DNA from: Bacteroidales bacterium
GTDB taxonomy: Bacteria; Bacteroidota; Bacteroidia; Bacteroidales; UBA10428
Assembly: GCA_050287785.1 (NCBI GenBank)
Contig: JBNKCO010000018.1
Span: 73,149 to 137,148, forward strand
Length of the DNA stretch: 64,000 nucleotides
Direction of reading: 5' to 3'
Position numbers and translations under genes: made by a program. The notes beneath the pieces are model-generated. The model was given only the letters and a program-made list of their open reading frames with translations. It did not search any database and was not told the DNA's origin. Positions 60,781-64,000 of this stretch are shown here, in pieces (the first letter of the stretch is position 1; each line of letters starts with the position of its first letter).

Positions 60781-61475
60781 AATTTCATAATTCCATAAAC
60801 ATTATTATGAATATAACACTTAGATATAAAAAGGGTTAAGCTATAATTAAAATAATCAATTTTGCGTAAAACAAATATTAATACTTGAAATTATTATTTG
60901 TGGAAATATCCTGAAACAATCCAAGATAAAAACGCACAACAATTTGTATTGCAAAATGCTAATTGAAAGATTCTTCGATTCAAACCTTTATTCTCAACGG
61001 GAGGAGCCCAAAACCAAGTATGCATGAAATATTGCTAATAAACAAAAATTATTGTAGCTTTCAGTAGCATGTCGTTTATTTAGAGAAACGTCTAAGCAAC
61101 GAGTTTTCTCAGAAAATCGAACTTTATCAAGGTATATGTAATTTGCAGCCAATCAACTAATAAAAAAATTAAAGATTTTGAACTCAGAATTTTAAAAAAT
61201 ATAGATGAAGTAAAAACCTAGGCAATGGAAAAGGGAAAACCGCAATCCAAGAGACTTTTTTTACGGTAAGCAATCCTTCGATACCCTGTCAGGAGCAAGA
61301 TATCGACTAACTGTCAGAATTTAATTGTATGAATTAACCTGAACATTCTGATGAAATAGTATGTAACTTCAGACTGCCACCATCTGCAAACCTATGAAAT
61401 CAATAACTTACAAAGAGGGTACAAAAACAATTGATTAAAATAAATCTGATTATAAACTTTTAAAAATTATAAATC

Positions 61476-62567
61476 ATGCCTACATCAGCTTTAGTAATTA
61501 CAGGAGCCGCTGCTCGCATTTCGCAAGAAACTGCTTTAATAGAGAATTTGTTATATGATAATGAAAATTTCAAACTAGAAAATGTACAGTTTATTTCAGG
61601 TGCAAGTTCGGGAGCTTTAAATACAGTTTTGTTTAATGCAATTATACATGCCGGTCACAATAAAGGTCAAGAGATACTCGAATGGTTTAAAAATGATATT
61701 CTTTTCCCATTAAAAACATCTGATGTATTTAAATTCGACACTTATAAATTACCCGGACATCCATTATCAATACAGCTCGCTCCATTAGATACATCACCAT
61801 TAAGAAAAACTCTTGAAGAAAGAATTGAAGGAGGATTGAACTACCATAAAATAAAAGACTTGCCAATAAATACATCCTTATCGGCAGTATTACCAGCAAT
61901 AATACCTTCATTACAATTAGTACCAAAAACCCGAAGATTTACAAATACAGATAATAAATTCAATGATTTTTATTTAACTGATGTTCTAATGGCTTCTACA
62001 GCGATACCTTTTATATTTCCCATGCAAATAATACGTAAATGCAAGCTATTAAACTCTCCCTTTTTTCAATATATCGATGGTGGAACGCTGAATGATAGAG
62101 TTCCATATATGGGATTTGTAGATTGGGTTAATCAAGATAAGGAAAACAGAAAAGTAGACAACTTATATATTGTTACTCGCCAACGCTCCGAAAGTGTTTT
62201 AAAAGATATTATTGAGAATATTAAAAATGATCTTAGTTTTTTACATTCAGAAATACATAAGTCAGATAAAAACGAAGTATACCAAATCCTCTCAGAACAA
62301 ACCGAAGAAGAAGGCTTTTGGGATAAACTACTTGAGATTATTAAACCCTATTCATTTAAAACAAGATTAGAAAAACTCAGAGATAAGTATAGTTACATAG
62401 CCGAAAATATTTACGTTTATCAACCCGATTTAGATAAAAATTATCCGTTTATATTATTTAATGAGCAAGAAGAGCAATACAATGCAACCAAAACATGGTG
62501 CGAAACTAACAATCCTGTTTTACTTGATGACTTTATAAATAGTTTAGAGGGAAAAGAGATGTTTTAG
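61476..62567 (+). CDS. patatin-like phospholipase
   Basis: Oxyanion region ITGAAARIS, nucleophile GASSGAL (GxSxG), catalytic Asp in IDGGTLND. Confidence 0.8.
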   Translation: MPTSALVITGAAARISQETALIENLLYDNENFKLENVQFISGASSGALNTVLFNAIIHAGHNKGQEILEWFKNDILFPLKTSDVFKFDTYKLPGHPLSIQLAPLDTSPLRKTLEERIEGGLNYHKIKDLPINTSLSAVLPAIIPSLQLVPKTRRFTNTDNKFNDFYLTDVLMASTAIPFIFPMQIIRKCKLLNSPFFQYIDGGTLNDRVPYMGFVDWVNQDKENRKVDNLYIVTRQRSESVLKDIIENIKNDLSFLHSEIHKSDKNEVYQILSEQTEEEGFWDKLLEIIKPYSFKTRLEKLRDKYSYIAENIYVYQPDLDKNYPFILFNEQEEQYNATKTWCETNNPVLLDDFINSLEGKEMF

Positions 62568-62721
62568 CAACAAGTCTGTTTAGGCTCTAACATTTATCAT
62601 ACCCAAGGCATTTAACTCGGTTTATGCATTTTGTCAGCTTATATTGCAGGTCGTCAGATAATGCTCGCAAAAAAATGAAAGTAGGTGTTTATTTACACCA
62701 TAAACTTTTAATTTTAAAGCG

Positions 62722-64000
62722 ATGAAAATAAAAATTACAACCTTATTTCTTACAGGGCTTTTTCTCTGCTTGCAGACAATAAAGGCTGATGATCTATTCT
62801 CTCACCTTGATAAGGAAACAGAAAAAAAGTATTGGGACTTTATGAGTGAACGCTTATTTGATCCTGATTCCAGAGTTTTTGCAACCTTTCCAAACACAAA
62901 TATAAATTTTGTGTTGGTAAATGCCACTAAACAAGATAGTTTAATTGTAATGAACTTAATGGATCAATTACAAGAACTAATTCCAAATAGAAGATTTCAA
63001 TTCTTATTAGGGGACACCAATGGATATTTAAAAAATTGGCCTGATTTATACCTTTATTTTTCTCAAAGAGATACACTAAATAATCCTCCATTTGAAACAG
63101 CCAATGAGTCATTTTTGAGTTTTAAGGATAATAATGGTAATATGCTTGAATACATTGGATATGCTCCATCTCCACCAACAGTGATTTTTACCCAGCGTAA
63201 TTTTCTTTTTTTTAACGATAGCACATCGTACTCTTTAAGGAAGCAATACATAGAGTTCACGATATTACGTTCAATGTGTTATTTTAACAATAAAGGTCCA
63301 TGGGCCACATCTATTAAAAATGCCATTTTCAATGACGAAAAATTCATTCCAACAAACACCGAATTTAGAGAGGTAGACAAATTTCTGATTCATAAATTAT
63401 ACTCAGAAAATCTGGAAAAAAAACACCGTAATTTTGTAATAAGTAATCATGGCTGGAAAACATATTATAAACCATACATTCAGAAAATAACTGAGAAAAT
63501 AACCTTCAAAGTAATTGCAATACTTCTAGGTGTTTTTCTTCTTATTTTTTCTTACAAAAGAATCTTTCTCCTTAAGTTTAGAAAGCCTTTCTTGGAATAT
63601 TTAGTCCCTGGCCTGGTTATGGCTGTAATATTATCATTGGTGTTGCTTTGTTATAATTTCCAAGATATACTATCATTACGGGATTCTGCAAGACCATGGA
63701 CTAGAATTGCTTTTGATATAGTTGTACCATTTAGTATGCTTATTGGTTCATTCGGAGCTATTGCATCGTTATTGTACGTTATTGAAAAGTTATTTTTGCT
63801 CACTCGGGTTAATATTACAAAACAATTGATTTTTAAGTTCTTTACATTACCTCTAATTTTATTGTTAATATCTGCAATAGTCTTTATTGCATCTGGATTT
63901 AAATTAGAAATGTTTTCTTTTTCTACCCATATATTAACGATTGGTATACCTATTGCAATTTTAAGGGGAATATTCCTTTACCTAAAAAACATTACTGAAT
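62722..64000 (+). CDS. sensor histidine kinase paralog of 8571-10391, N-terminal part (runs off window end)
   Basis: ATG at 62722, no stop to position 64000 (hand translated; absent from the ORF track). Signal peptide; exo-domain shares KKYWDFMSERL / DSLIVMNLMDQLQELIPNRR with the 606-aa kinase (RIYWEFIKERL / DSIIVNNLFHTLRQLIPNRK), then multiple TM helices. Confidence 0.75.
   Translation, partial: MKIKITTLFLTGLFLCLQTIKADDLFSHLDKETEKKYWDFMSERLFDPDSRVFATFPNTNINFVLVNATKQDSLIVMNLMDQLQELIPNRRFQFLLGDTNGYLKNWPDLYLYFSQRDTLNNPPFETANESFLSFKDNNGNMLEYIGYAPSPPTVIFTQRNFLFFNDSTSYSLRKQYIEFTILRSMCYFNNKGPWATSIKNAIFNDEKFIPTNTEFREVDKFLIHKLYSENLEKKHRNFVISNHGWKTYYKPYIQKITEKITFKVIAILLGVFLLIFSYKRIFLLKFRKPFLEYLVPGLVMAVILSLVLLCYNFQDILSLRDSARPWTRIAFDIVVPFSMLIGSFGAIASLLYVIEKLFLLTRVNITKQLIFKFFTLPLILLLISAIVFIASGFKLEMFSFSTHILTIGIPIAILRGIFLYLKNITE

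Noticed and set aside
1-64000. Search for CRISPR arrays, rRNA genes, transposases/IS elements, integrases, reverse transcriptases and toxin-antitoxin pairs
   Set aside because: No regularly spaced direct repeats were seen. No rRNA-like conserved stretches were found. No DDE/tyrosine/serine recombinase or RT motifs appeared in any listed ORF or in the intergenic translations I inspected.

Overview
AT-rich Bacteroidota chromosome segment, judged from T9SS C-terminal sorting domains, TAnnTTTG-type promoters and many LytTR / PF06580 two-component pairs.

(1) 1-14.3 kb: purB tail, an MsbA-like ABC exporter, and two giant T9SS cargo proteins flanking a sensor kinase / LytTR regulator pair. The cargo proteins are a 1618-aa C10 cysteine protease and a 1062-aa LamG protein with an HExxH module nested inside a beta-sandwich repeat.

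(2) 14.36-36.03 kb: a ~21.7 kb accessory block bounded by 63/64-nt imperfect direct repeats. The right repeat ends exactly at the 3' tip of tRNA-Ser(UGA), and no integrase is visible. It carries an apparently intact double-glycine (GG) leader, 4-Cys bacteriocin locus: peptide, polytopic membrane protein, membrane-anchored CxxC thioredoxin-fold protein, C39-peptidase ABC exporter, TolC-like outer-membrane factor, plus a MacB-type ABC pump with adaptor. It also carries a duplicated and partly eroded [membrane histidine kinase - LytTR regulator - prolyl oligopeptidase] array. Its right end is a decayed class I lanthipeptide-like locus: a GG-leader peptide with lost ATG and a frameshift, a 5'-truncated frameshifted lanB, and no lanC.

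(3) 36-64 kb: mostly housekeeping genes (HU, SpoU methyltransferase, htpG, aminotransferase, mgsA, pheT, surE, lpxB, SpoIID, kef genes). It also has a T9SS lipase, a patatin, an orphan LytTR regulator and a second paralog of the large sensor kinase running off the window end.

The most interesting candidate system is the island's peptide-toxin / peptide-signalling machinery. The gene content suggests a two-step bacteriocin export route and a kinase-regulator-oligopeptidase module that I cannot match to a described circuit. All functional calls rest on motif recognition by eye; no database search was run.
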